From Bacteroidetes bacterium QH_7_62_13 (GTDB lineage: Bacteria > Bacteroidota > Rhodothermia > Rhodothermales > Salinibacteraceae): a stretch of DNA of 47,682 bases. Where the stretch lies: positions 1 to 47,682 of the forward strand of contig PXTG01000041.1 of NCBI GenBank assembly GCA_003023365.1, in the 5' to 3' direction. Positions 28,703-39,673 of the stretch are shown in pieces. Each line of letters starts with the position of its first letter. Position 1 is the first letter of the stretch. The notes under the pieces were generated by a model. That model did not search any database. It was not told where the DNA came from and saw only the letters and a program-made list of their open reading frames with translations. The position numbers and the translations under genes were made by a program.

Positions 28703-29167
28703 ATGGCGACCGAATACGACATCGACTTCCGGACGCACCCGGAGGCCTACCGCTACCAGTCCGGCGAACAGGGCGTGTTCAAGGTGCAGCCCTACAAGGA
28801 CGAACTCCTGCCGCACTGGGGCTTCAAGGACGAGGACACGGCCGAGGACGCCGTGGCGGCGCTCCGCGAACAGTACGACGCGTACCGCGAACGAGAGGAC
28901 TTCGTGGGTATGGACATGGCGCGCAAGTACCTCCAGATGGGCTTCACGCGGGCCATGCGGTACGCCAAGTACCCGGGCGGGCAGAAGTACGACGAGGACG
29001 GCACGGAGCGATCGCCGCAACAGTGGGCCGACTCGGAGAAGCGAGCCGCCGCCGTCGTTTTTCGAAATGCCTGGCAGGAGGTGACCGACGATTCGACCTA
29101 CCAGCGGCTGAAGGAGCAACATCGGGAGGAGGTGTACGATCCATCGGTCAGTCCGATGGAAGAGTAG
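28703..29167 (+). CDS. DUF4385-family protein
   Basis: FRTHPEAYRY..GEQGVFKVQPYK.ELLPHW.FK, DFVGMDMARKYLQMGFTRAMRYA. Confidence 0.85.
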   Translation: MATEYDIDFRTHPEAYRYQSGEQGVFKVQPYKDELLPHWGFKDEDTAEDAVAALREQYDAYREREDFVGMDMARKYLQMGFTRAMRYAKYPGGQKYDEDGTERSPQQWADSEKRAAAVVFRNAWQEVTDDSTYQRLKEQHREEVYDPSVSPMEE

Positions 29168-29215
29168 CAGATTGGGGACGCTCGGCGAAAACGAGTCCAG
29201 TATCCCTCTCTCGTA

Positions 29216-29575
29216 GTGAGGATGGAGGACTGGGCCGAGCAAATTGCGGTGCCGGTTGAGCGGCACTGGATCGAGGGGGAGGGGGTACAGTTGCATGGGC
29301 GGCCGGCTCGATGGACGGCCCGCTCGTGGTGCTCCGCCACGGCTTCCCCGAGTTCTGGTACGGCTGGCGTCACCAAATTCCTCCACTTGCCTAGGCGGGC
29401 TACCGCGTCCTCATCCCGGACCAGCGGGGCTACAACCGCAGTGAGATCTCGACCTCCTTACGGCGGACGTGCGCCATCTTCTCGCCGCTACCGGGCGCGA
29501 CCGGGCTCACGTCGTGGGCCACGACTGGGGAGCGATGGTGGCCTGGAAACTGGCGATGACGCCCCCGGAAGCCAG
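29216..29575 (+). pseudogene. Degraded alpha/beta (epoxide-hydrolase-like) hydrolase
   Basis: Fragments GEGVQLH / [41 protein letters not shown] / AHVVGHDWGAMVAW in different frames; in-frame TAG at 29392; C-terminal half absent. Confidence 0.85.
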
Positions 29576-29683
29576 AGGGGTCCCGAATTGGGATGCTTCG
29601 CCTGCGGAAAGAAAAAAACACAGGAGAGCGTCCAGCTACCTCACTCGCCGGTTCCCCAGAATCCTCTCCGCTGCGGTTCGCAG

Positions 29684-30340
29684 TCAGGAGCCACCGAGAA
29701 GGACGGTTTTGAGAACATCGTCGTCCAGGCGGTGCCCGCCCTCGAACGTGCGGATCGTGGCCGGAATGTCGTGCTCATCAAGCCGCCGCCGCACCGCCGC
29801 CCGCTGGTCGTCCGTCACGTGCGGGTCCTTCGTCCCCACGACGATCGTCAACTTCATGGTCCGGAGCCGGTCGGCGTGGGCCGAGAGGTCGAGATCGTGG
29901 GCGGGCGCGCCGCCCCATAACACCAACCGGTCGATTGTCGTGTCTCCGAGCAGGGCCCACCGACTGGCCGTGGCCGCCCCCTGGGAGAAGCCAAGCACGG
30001 AAGTGGACGGGACGTGTCCGTCGGGGCGAAGGTGACGGACCGTCGCGTCGAGATAGGAAACGTAATCGTCGATTTCGTTGTCCCGATTCGCCCGGGTCAT
30101 CCAGGAGGCGCCCACCTCCTCGTGCGCCTCCAGGCCGTCGACGTAGAAACGAGAGAGTGCCTCTGGCGCCACGACGTAGCGGTCCGCCCCGGCGACCGGG
30201 TCGAACGCCTCGACGAAGTCGGCGGCACGCTGCCCATAGCCGTGGAGCCCCATCCACCATTCGGGGGCGTCCGACGGACCGATGGTGGCAACCCGCGCCG
30301 TGCGGGTCACCTCCAGCGAATGGAAAGACGGTGTGGCCAT
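29684..30340 (-). CDS. Phospholipase/carboxylesterase (alpha/beta hydrolase)
   Basis: LHGYGQ, APEALSRFY, VGASWMT, GFSQG nucleophile, GTKD, FEGGH. Confidence 0.88.
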   Translation of the reverse strand: MATPSFHSLEVTRTARVATIGPSDAPEWWMGLHGYGQRAADFVEAFDPVAGADRYVVAPEALSRFYVDGLEAHEEVGASWMTRANRDNEIDDYVSYLDATVRHLRPDGHVPSTSVLGFSQGAATASRWALLGDTTIDRLVLWGGAPAHDLDLSAHADRLRTMKLTIVVGTKDPHVTDDQRAAVRRRLDEHDIPATIRTFEGGHRLDDDVLKTVLLGGS

Positions 30341-30353
30341 GGCTACGGGGTGT

Positions 30354-30917
30354 TCAAGAAACGGTCCCGTCACGGGCCGCTACGGCCTCGATCCGATCGA
30401 GCGCCTCCTCGGGCGTCGAGACGACGTGGACTAGGTCGGTGATCGCCTTACGGGCAAATCGCCCCTCCCGAAGCTCGCCGAAAAAGTCGAGCAGGGTATC
30501 AAAGAAGCCGTCGACGTTGAGGATGGAGATGGGCGGGTCGTGGTAGCCTAGTTGCTTGAGGGTGAGCACCTCCATGAACTCTTCCAGGGTCCCATACCCC
30601 CCCGGCAGCACAACAAACGCGTCGGCCCGCCGAACCATGATGCCCTTCCGCTCCCGCATCGTCTCGGTGACGATGAGCTCGTCGGCGTCGTAGGCGATGC
30701 CCTCCCGGTCTTGCAGCTTCGACGGAATGACCCCGGCGATCTCTCCCCCGGCCTTACGGGTTGCGAGCGCGAGCACGCCCATCAGTCCCACCGCCCCGCC
30801 CCCGTACACGAGACTGTGGCCTCGCCGGCCGAGCTCACGCCCCAGTGCCCTGGCAACGGGGGGGTACGTGTCGGCAATGGAATCACTCGACGAGCAGTAG
30901 ACACAGATCGAAGCCAT
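30354..30917 (-). CDS. LOG family (TIGR00730-type) nucleotide phosphoribohydrolase
   Basis: ICVYCSS, LVYGGGAVGLMG, MRERK, PGGYGTLEE. Confidence 0.93.
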   Translation of the reverse strand: MASICVYCSSSDSIADTYPPVARALGRELGRRGHSLVYGGGAVGLMGVLALATRKAGGEIAGVIPSKLQDREGIAYDADELIVTETMRERKGIMVRRADAFVVLPGGYGTLEEFMEVLTLKQLGYHDPPISILNVDGFFDTLLDFFGELREGRFARKAITDLVHVVSTPEEALDRIEAVAARDGTVS

Positions 30918-31038
30918 AGGGAAAATAAATGAGAAGAAATGACCATTGAGAAGGCGGAACGTAACCACCCGTCCGCGGAAATGCGATCTCGTTTCCGAAG
31001 AATTGACTTACAAAGACCGTGCCTGGGCCGCCTCCATT

Positions 31039-31611
31039 TCACGTCGACGGCTGGGCCACACCAAGCGCCTGAATCACGTCGCGTCCCTGGTCCAGGTGAC
31101 GCTGCTGATGCGCCACGGTGGCCCCGAACCAGGCCCCGACGCTGATGCGCAGAAGCGGGACGGCCGGCGAGGACACGCGGAGGCGCCGGAGATCCAATCC
31201 CTCCGCGTCGACGACACAGGTTGCAAATTGATCCTGCAGGGCCCGGAACTCCTCCATCGCCTCGCCCGCGTAGAGCGTCTCCGCCGACGCCGGCTCAAAC
31301 ACCGACGGAGCCGTGAACGTCCAGCCGGAAGAGGGCTTCATGGATCGCACAAACCACCGGCTTACGAATCCGTAGCGGAAGGGCGGTTCGCCGTAGGGGC
31401 CGTTCTGGCGTGCGTCCTGAATGGCCTGCTCCAGCGAGTTCAGCAGGAGCCACCCGGCGGTGTTCACGTGGTCGAGAATCTGAGCCACCGACCACGTGTC
31501 CGGATTGGGGGGGCGACGGAGCATGTCCTCGTCGACGCCGGCCACGAGTGCCGTTGCCTCGTCTTTCAGGGCGAGAAAGTTGGACCGGTAGGTGTCTAAT
31601 TGATCGTGCAT
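31039..31611 (-). CDS. DinB-family protein
   Basis: P..WSVAQILDHV ... HQQRHLDQ. Confidence 0.85.
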   Translation of the reverse strand: MHDQLDTYRSNFLALKDEATALVAGVDEDMLRRPPNPDTWSVAQILDHVNTAGWLLLNSLEQAIQDARQNGPYGEPPFRYGFVSRWFVRSMKPSSGWTFTAPSVFEPASAETLYAGEAMEEFRALQDQFATCVVDAEGLDLRRLRVSSPAVPLLRISVGAWFGATVAHQQRHLDQGRDVIQALGVAQPST

Positions 31612-31645
31612 CGCAGGGGGGTCGGGACGCGTACGTCAGGAAGGG

Positions 31646-32830
31646 TCAGTGTACATCCAGTTCCAACAGTCCCTCTCGAACCAGGGACACGAGCAGGTCC
31701 ACGAAGGCCTCGTCCTCGAAGTGGGGCGTAAGGGTATCGGCGGGAATGCGCTCGCGGCCCGTCACGAGCGGTGCCGCGTAGGCGAGGTCGGGGTCGAGCG
31801 ACACCGCGTCCCCGTTGGCAAACAGAGTCGTCGTGCCGTCGCTGTGTTCGATGAAGGCGAGATTCGAAACGGGTCCCCGGCGCAGGTCCGTGCCCTCCCG
31901 CAGCGCGTCGACGAGGGCGGACGCCGACACAGGGCTCTCGGCCGGCACAGCCCGACGATCCCGGGACGGTTCGGTCAGGTAGCGGCCGAGCCACCGGTCA
32001 ATGTCGTTGGGATCCTTCAACAATCCCTCCAGGAGTTGGTGCACCTTGGTCCGGGCCGACGCCTGAATCGCCCCGGGGTCCTCCACGGGCTTCAGGTCCG
32101 GATCGCTGTAGCGCGCATCCGGGTCTACCTGCTCGATAGCATGTTGCAGGAAACCCCCGATGAGCTCCTGGTGTCGGGGCGCGCGAAAGCCGACCGAGTA
32201 GGTCATACACTCATCGTCCTCAGCGATGCCGTGGTGGGCCACCCGCGGCGGAAGATAGAGCATGTCCCCAGGGCCGAGAACAAAGGACTCTTCCGGCTCG
32301 AAGTCGGCGAGGATGCGCACGTCGAGGTCGGGCACGATCTCTTCGGTCTCCACCGGCTCCGTGCCGATTTCCCAACGCCGGTGCCCCTGCCCCTGTAGCA
32401 GGAAGACATCGTAGTTGTCGATGTGGGGCCCCACCGTTCCGTGCGTGGGGGCGTAGCTCACCATGATGTCGTCGATCCGCCAGTCCGGGAGAAAGCGGAA
32501 GTGGTCGAGCAAGGCTCCGACCTCCGGAATCAGGCGATCCACCTCCTGCACGAGCACAGTCCAGTGCGTCTCGGGAAGATCCAAGAACGCTTCCTGATCG
32601 AACGGCCCGTGCCGGAGCTCCCACGGATGCTCGCCCCCCTCTTTGAGGACGAGGCGACTTTCCACCCCGTCCTCGCAGGCAAGCCCGGCCAGTTCATTCG
32701 GGGAGAGGGGAGATCGAAAATTCGGCAGCGCGTCCCGCACCACCAACGGCTTCTTTTGCCAGTGGGTGTCCAGAAACGCTGCGGGCGAGCGGTCGCCGAG
32801 GAGGGTAGACGTAGGCGAAGCAGTCTGCAT
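31646..32830 (-). CDS. JmjC/cupin 2OG-Fe(II) oxygenase, RoxA/YcfD (ribosomal protein L16 hydroxylase)-like
   Basis: FLDTHWQKKP, ELAGLACE..VESRL, WTVLVQ, PDWRIDDIMVSYA..GTVGPHIDNYDVFLLQG.G.RRW, LGPGDMLYLPP...HHG, YSVGFRAP. Confidence 0.9.
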   Translation of the reverse strand: MQTASPTSTLLGDRSPAAFLDTHWQKKPLVVRDALPNFRSPLSPNELAGLACEDGVESRLVLKEGGEHPWELRHGPFDQEAFLDLPETHWTVLVQEVDRLIPEVGALLDHFRFLPDWRIDDIMVSYAPTHGTVGPHIDNYDVFLLQGQGHRRWEIGTEPVETEEIVPDLDVRILADFEPEESFVLGPGDMLYLPPRVAHHGIAEDDECMTYSVGFRAPRHQELIGGFLQHAIEQVDPDARYSDPDLKPVEDPGAIQASARTKVHQLLEGLLKDPNDIDRWLGRYLTEPSRDRRAVPAESPVSASALVDALREGTDLRRGPVSNLAFIEHSDGTTTLFANGDAVSLDPDLAYAAPLVTGRERIPADTLTPHFEDEAFVDLLVSLVREGLLELDVH

Positions 32831-33006
32831 GTAGATTGACGCGTTGCCAGAATCAAAACGGAGAAGGCTCTCCCCTCATTGCCACCACGAATCGTGGTCC
32901 ACAAATCCCGGGCGGGCATCTCCCCCCGCCTCCACGGCCCCCATCCGCTCCACTCCTGCGGGGCCATCCGCCGTTCCTGAACAGGAGCCCCGACGACACC
33001 GGACAT

Positions 33007-33192
33007 TTATCCGAGAAGGAACATCAGTCCTTTGATCGCAGGCCAGAGGAGCAAAAGGGCCAGGAACCACGCGACCCACCGCACGCTCGACCGGCGCTGG
33101 GGAAACTCGTAGTCGCAGTAGGGGCACCGTTCCACGTCGCCGGTGTCCTCAAATTCCAACGCGCAGGAAGGGCATTCGCGAGTCGACGCCAT
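33007..33192 (-). CDS. Small zinc-ribbon membrane protein
   Basis: CPSC...CPYCDYEF followed by a C-terminal TM helix. Confidence 0.75.
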   Translation of the reverse strand: MASTRECPSCALEFEDTGDVERCPYCDYEFPQRRSSVRWVAWFLALLLLWPAIKGLMFLLG

Positions 33193-33310
33193 CGGTGCGG
33201 AACGACAAACTGGTGGAAGAAATTCTGCCGAGTCGGGACGCTGCCCTCCCCCCTCGTCACGCGTTCAGGAATCACGAGGACGCTTCTCAGTACGCGAAAC
33301 GGAGTCGGGC

Positions 33311-33508
33311 CTAGAGCTGCGAGGCAAGCTCGTTCAGCAGCATCGCCACGTCCTCCTCCTGCATATCATCGGGATTCATGCCGGGAAATTCGGGCCCTGC
33401 ATCGTTCAATGGCTCCCGGGCAGCTTCGAGGTCCAACTGGTGCAGAACGACCGCCGCAACGCCGGTGGCCGCAGCCGATAGGAGGAGTGCTTTCAGAACC
33501 TTGGACAT
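33311..33508 (-). CDS. Small hypothetical protein
   Basis: Hydrophobic N-terminus and acidic C-terminus (LLNELASQL); co-oriented with neighbours. Confidence 0.6.
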   Translation of the reverse strand: MSKVLKALLLSAAATGVAAVVLHQLDLEAAREPLNDAGPEFPGMNPDDMQEEDVAMLLNELASQL

Positions 33509-33806
33509 GGGAATGGGTGCGGGTGGATATCAAGAGTCGTGGGACCCCCTGAACGGTGGGGACCGGGGTTGAGTTCTGTTCGTTTCGCGTGGGCGTGTCG
33601 ATTCGACGGATGGTTTGCGTCTGCCGTCAGCGTATCCGGGGGAGCCTCGCTTTTCAAGTCTCCGAAAAGGTCTGTTCCGCAGGAGTCGGTCCGGTTACCG
33701 CCCTCCTCGAATGACGAAGCAGAACGGACAGATAACAGATACGAGACGAACCTGAGCCGGACACGGATGTTTTATCATGTCCTGTATGACGTATTTCGTC
33801 CCCGGT

Positions 33807-34496
33807 ATGAAGTGCCTCGTTTTTCGCTGGCTTCTTTCCCTTCTCGCGGGGGGGCTCGTGCTGCAATTGGGGGCGTCGCCGGTGATGGCCCAGGACGCCC
33901 CTGCCATCCGCATCGCCCGGGTACAGTACCAGGGTGGGGGCGACTGGTACAGCGACGAGGAATCGCTCACAGAATTGATGACGTTTGCGCGTCAGCAGAC
34001 GCTTTTGGACGTGGGTCGACAGGAGGAAACGGTGAAACTGACAAGCGACAAGGTTTTCTCCTACCCGTACCTCTACCTCACGGGCCACGGAAACGTCACC
34101 TTCTCTTCGTCGGAGGCCGACCGCCTGCGCCGCTACCTGCTCCAGGGGGGGTTCCTCCACATCGACGACAACTACGGCCTCGACGAGTATATCCGGGAGG
34201 AGCTCAAGAAGGTCTTTCCCGAGAAGGAACTCGTCGAACTGCCGTTCGACCATCCCATCTACCACATGCAGTACGACTTTCCGGACGGCCCCCCCAAGAT
34301 CCATGAGCACGACGGCGAACGTCCTCAGGGCTACGCTCTTCTCGACGACGACGGACGGGTGATGGTGTACTACACCCACGAGGTCGACCTGGGCGATGGC
34401 TGGGATCCGGCGTCGGTTCATGACAACCCGCCCGAGAAGCGCCAGGCCGCCCTCCGGATGGGGGTCAACATTCTCTCGTACGCGATGACGCACTAA
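33807..34496 (+). CDS. DUF4159-family protein
   Basis: IARVQYQGGGDWY, YPYLYLTGHGNV, LRRYLLQGGFLHIDDNYG, PKIHEHDG, DLGDGW, ALRMGVNI. Confidence 0.9.
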   Translation: MKCLVFRWLLSLLAGGLVLQLGASPVMAQDAPAIRIARVQYQGGGDWYSDEESLTELMTFARQQTLLDVGRQEETVKLTSDKVFSYPYLYLTGHGNVTFSSSEADRLRRYLLQGGFLHIDDNYGLDEYIREELKKVFPEKELVELPFDHPIYHMQYDFPDGPPKIHEHDGERPQGYALLDDDGRVMVYYTHEVDLGDGWDPASVHDNPPEKRQAALRMGVNILSYAMTH

Positions 34497-34523
34497 GGGG
34501 GTTGGGACACCCGTTCCACCCAC

Positions 34524-34557
34524 ACGCCCTCGGAGTTGAGACGCCCTCGGAGTTGAG
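34524..34557 (+). repeat. Perfect 17-bp tandem duplication ACGCCCTCGGAGTTGAG x2
   Basis: 34524-34540 and 34541-34557 are identical. Confidence 0.9.
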
Positions 34558-34676
34558 ATTGTAGGGCGCCTCGCCGATAACCAGATTTCTGTTTCACGTT
34601 GTCGCCGCGCTCTCGTACATTGCGGAGTCGTCCCGCCGACCGTTTCGCACGACCCTTTCCAACTTCCTCGTTGCCC

Positions 34677-35975
<1,299 letters not shown>

Positions 35976-36079
35976 AGCGGAACGCACCCAGGCGCCGGGC
36001 GGTTCATAGTGGCTACGTGAGCCCGCTGTATTCGTCGTTCTCCTTCTCGCTTTCTTCCACCGACCCGACCGGAAGTTCG

Positions 36080-36688
36080 ATGCCGTCGATGGACCGTAGT
36101 GCACTGAGCTCGTCCGCCCGCGCCGACCTGGTAAAGCTCGGGCGAAAGCTGTACGACCGGGCTCTCATCCGCCGCGAAGACGAGCTGATTACCGACCCAC
36201 GGGGCCAGCCCATTGGCTGGTTGCTGGATACGCGCATTCCCATGCTCGACGGAGAATTGTTTCAGGAAGTGGGGGAGGTACTGGCCGGGCGGCTGCGAGA
36301 TCGAGACCTGTATCAGATCGTAGGATACGGCTTCGGCGCGTACCCGCTTGTGTGTAGCGTGCTCTCCGTCCCCGACAGTGATCTGTTCAACGGCGGGCTC
36401 GTCCGCGAGGAACGAAAGGAGCACGGGCGGCGGCGCTTGGTTGAGGGCCCCATCGATCCGTCCGAGCCCGTGGTCCTGCTTGACGACATCATCAACAGCG
36501 GGCGCAGTGCGTCGCAGGCCCTGCATCTACTCCGGCGCGAGGACCTCAACGTGGTCGGCCTGCTCACGATCTTCAACTTCACCTGGAGCAGCGGCCAGTC
36601 GCGAATTCAGGACGAGGGACTGTGGGTCGATTCACTGCTGGACCTGAACCTTCAGGAAGGCACCAACAGCGGGTCCGACAGTGCGTAG
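36080..36688 (+). CDS. Type I phosphoribosyltransferase, orotate PRTase-like
   Basis: VREERKEHG...VEG loop and PRPP-binding VVLLDDIINSGRS; atypical N-terminus. Confidence 0.75.
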   Translation: MPSMDRSALSSSARADLVKLGRKLYDRALIRREDELITDPRGQPIGWLLDTRIPMLDGELFQEVGEVLAGRLRDRDLYQIVGYGFGAYPLVCSVLSVPDSDLFNGGLVREERKEHGRRRLVEGPIDPSEPVVLLDDIINSGRSASQALHLLRREDLNVVGLLTIFNFTWSSGQSRIQDEGLWVDSLLDLNLQEGTNSGSDSA

Positions 36689-36784
36689 CCACGTTGTGAG
36701 GGTCGAGCCTGCATACGGGCCGGTCAACCGCCCCTGAACGCGAGGCCTGGGGCCTTCTTTCATTCACCTCACCATTGTAGTCGC

Positions 36785-37642
36785 ATGCCAGAGGCTCCTT
36801 CGCCAGATACGGAAATGACGCCGCAGGTGCAGGGCGACGGGGCAGTGGGAGACCCGGACGCTCCCGACGAACGAGGGGTCATGCCCTTCCTGGCTCACCT
36901 CGAGGAATTGCGGTGGACCCTCATCAAGGCCGGGGCCGGTGTCCTCGTCACCACGATCCTCTGCGCCTTTTTCAGCGAGTGGATCGTCGATCGCGTCCTC
37001 ATCGGCCCGACTCGTCCGGATTTCTTTATGTACGACGTGCTTGGGATGAGTGCGGAGGAGATCAACCTGCTCAATCGCACGATTACGGGCCAGTTCTTCG
37101 CGGACATCGGGACGATTATCGTCGTGGGAATCATTGCCGGTTCGCCGGTCATGGTGTACTACTTCTGGGCGTTTATCGAGCCGGCGCTCTACCCGCAGGA
37201 GAAATCGGGGATGCGGTTTGCTGCGGTCTTCGCCGCGTTTTTCTTTCTGCTCGGCATCGCGTTCGGATACTTCATTCTTACGCCCCTAGCCCTACAGTTT
37301 TTCTCCCAGTATACGCTTTCCCCTCAGATCGAAAACCACTTCGACATCATGACGTACTTCAGCATGGTGTCGTTCTGGGCCCTGGGGACGGGATTGCTCT
37401 TCGAACTACCGGTTGCGGTGTATTTCCTGGCCAAAGTGGGGCTCATTACCCCCGGGGCCATGCGGACGTATCGGAAGTACGCACTCCTGGTTGTGCTCGG
37501 TATTGGGGCGTTCCTCACGCCGCCGGACCCGATCTCGCAGATCATCGTGGCGCTGCCGCTATTGGGGCTTTACGAGTTGTCGATTTATATTGCCGTGTAC
37601 GTGACCCGTCGGCGCCGTCGTCGTCTTGGGATGGACGAGTGA
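36785..37642 (+). CDS. tatC: Twin-arginine translocase subunit TatC
   Basis: MPFLAHLEELRW, WAFIEPALY..EK, FELP, LTPPDPISQ, LYELSI. Confidence 0.97.
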   Translation: MPEAPSPDTEMTPQVQGDGAVGDPDAPDERGVMPFLAHLEELRWTLIKAGAGVLVTTILCAFFSEWIVDRVLIGPTRPDFFMYDVLGMSAEEINLLNRTITGQFFADIGTIIVVGIIAGSPVMVYYFWAFIEPALYPQEKSGMRFAAVFAAFFFLLGIAFGYFILTPLALQFFSQYTLSPQIENHFDIMTYFSMVSFWALGTGLLFELPVAVYFLAKVGLITPGAMRTYRKYALLVVLGIGAFLTPPDPISQIIVALPLLGLYELSIYIAVYVTRRRRRRLGMDE

Positions 37643-37645
37643 ATG

Positions 37646-37815
37646 GGTCGAGGGTTGAGCGTTAGAGAGTTGAAGGTTGCGCGTTGAGGAAGAAGAGAAG
37701 TTCGTAGAGCGGGACGCATAGATGGTCCAATCTTCACTCAGAACGCCCAACCCAAAACGCTGAACTCTCAACTCCCAACCCTCAACTCAAAACTCGAAAA
37801 TTCAAACCTCGAAAC
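37646..37815. repeat. Inverted arrays of degenerate heptamers (GTTGAGn / nCTCAAC)
   Basis: Left GTTGAGC GTTAGAGA GTTGAAG GTTGCGC GTTGAGG; right CTCAACT CCCAACC CTCAACT CAAAACT CGAAAAT TCAAACC TCGAAAC. Confidence 0.7.
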
Positions 37816-37895
37816 GCGAGCTCGGCGTGATGTTGGCGGAAAATAACGCCTGAATGCAGTCTCATCGCCCCAGCGCACAGCAGATCGATCGTCTC

Positions 37896-39581
37896 ATGGT
37901 TTCGAACCGCGCAAAGGCTTCACTCCTCATCGTTGCGCTGGCCTCCTCCCTGTTTCTCGGGATTGCCGTGGGGGCCTGGATGCCCTCGGACGACGACTTC
38001 TTCGAGCTCCGCAAAAACTTCCGCATCTTTGGCGCCGTCTACGAGGAGCTCGTTACGGGCTATGTGAAACCGGTCGACCCAGAGCACCTCATGCGCGTGG
38101 GCGTGGACGCGATGCTGGGTGAACTCGACCCGTACACGTCCTTCCTCGACGAGGCCGACAACGCCAACCTCGACATGATTACGAAGGGACGGTACGGAGG
38201 GGTCGGACTCGACGTGGGCAAGCGTGGCGGCAAGATTACCGTGGTGTCTCCCGTGGAGGGCGGTAGCGGCTACAAGCAGGGCATCCGGACCGGGGACGTG
38301 ATCACGACGATCGACGATCAGCGTGTTGGACCGCTTTCGGTTGAGGACGTGGAAACCCTTCTGCGCGGGGAGCCGGGCACGGCTGTGGAGGTCGTCGTCG
38401 AGCGCGAAGGCGCCCCTGCCCCTCTCACGTTTGCCCTTACCCGCGAGGAGATTGACCTCGACAACGTGACTTATCGCGGCAGAGTGGGTCCCGAGTCCGA
38501 TGTCGGGTACGTGAAGCTGGAGCGCTTTACCCGGAGCGCGGCCTCGGACCTCGAATCGGAGCTACAGGCGCTTACGGAGACGGGCGAGATGACGGGCCTG
38601 ATTCTGGATCTGCGCGACAATCCCGGGGGTCTGCTCCGCGCCGCGGTCAGTGTGGCGGAGCTTTTCGTCGAGAAGGGGGCGACGGTTGTGTCTACCGAAG
38701 GACGCATCGCAAAGGCCAGCAGCACCTACCGCAGCGATCGTCCCCCTCTTCTCCCCGACCTCCCTCTCGTCGTCCTCGTAAATGGCTACAGCGCATCGGC
38801 GAGTGAAATCGTGGCCGGGGCCATCCAGGATCACGACCGGGGTGTCGTCCTGGGCACCACCACCTACGGAAAGGGGCTGGTGCAGGCCATCCGCTCCCTC
38901 CCACACAACACGTCGCTCAAGATGACGACGGCCCAGTATCGCACCCCCAGCGGTCGCAGCATCCAGCAACTCTCCCCCGTCGCCCGCGACACGAGCACTG
39001 CCGCCCTGCAACAGGGCTCGGATAGCACGTCGGCGATGGCGACCCACGAGACCACTCACGGCCGCACCGTGCGCGACGGCGACGGCCTCCGCCCCGACGT
39101 GCGAGTCGCTGCCGACTCGGCAAGCGCCCTCGAAGAAGCCCTGAAGCGCAACGCGGCCTTCTTCTATTACGCCAACCACTTCGCGGCGTCCCGGGACAGC
39201 CTCTCCCCGAACTTCACGGTGACCGACGCCATCTACGACGACTTCCGGGCATGGCTGGAGGAGGAAGATTTCCGCTATCCGACCGACGCAGAGCACGCCA
39301 TCAACAAGCTGCGCGAGCGGTTCGGCGCGGCGAACTACGAGGCGGTGAAGGAAGAAGTTGCTGTGCTGCGGGAGGCCGTGCGGGCCGAGAAGCGGGATGC
39401 CTTCCGCGAGCACGCTCCGGCCCTCAGACACCACCTGAAACGCGAGATCCTGGCCCGCTTTCGCAGCGAGTCGCAACGGATCGCCGCCCTCCTTCCCCGG
39501 GATCGGCAGGTGACGACGGCGGTGGACCTACTGCACGAGCCCGATCGCTACGCTGGCATTTTGACCCCCGCCGAAAACTGA
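37896..39581 (+). CDS. S41 carboxy-terminal processing protease (CtpA/Prc-like)
   Basis: LDPYTSF, YGGVGL PDZ domain, LILDLRDNPGGLL, SASASEIVAGAIQDHDRG, TYGKGLVQ. Confidence 0.95.
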   Translation: MVSNRAKASLLIVALASSLFLGIAVGAWMPSDDDFFELRKNFRIFGAVYEELVTGYVKPVDPEHLMRVGVDAMLGELDPYTSFLDEADNANLDMITKGRYGGVGLDVGKRGGKITVVSPVEGGSGYKQGIRTGDVITTIDDQRVGPLSVEDVETLLRGEPGTAVEVVVEREGAPAPLTFALTREEIDLDNVTYRGRVGPESDVGYVKLERFTRSAASDLESELQALTETGEMTGLILDLRDNPGGLLRAAVSVAELFVEKGATVVSTEGRIAKASSTYRSDRPPLLPDLPLVVLVNGYSASASEIVAGAIQDHDRGVVLGTTTYGKGLVQAIRSLPHNTSLKMTTAQYRTPSGRSIQQLSPVARDTSTAALQQGSDSTSAMATHETTHGRTVRDGDGLRPDVRVAADSASALEEALKRNAAFFYYANHFAASRDSLSPNFTVTDAIYDDFRAWLEEEDFRYPTDAEHAINKLRERFGAANYEAVKEEVAVLREAVRAEKRDAFREHAPALRHHLKREILARFRSESQRIAALLPRDRQVTTAVDLLHEPDRYAGILTPAEN

Positions 39582-39673
39582 TCGGGGGCTCGGTGAGCGC
39601 ATGCCCGACGCGACGATTCTCCTCTGATCCCCACAGGACGCATTCTCGACGCTACGATCGAACGAGCAACGGC

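Noticed and set aside
34497-34676. Possible ZTP or glycine riboswitch upstream of glyA
   Set aside because: No GACUGGCG...GGGAGC...CGCCUGGG (ZTP) or GGAGA...CCGAAG...CUCUCAGG (glycine) core visible
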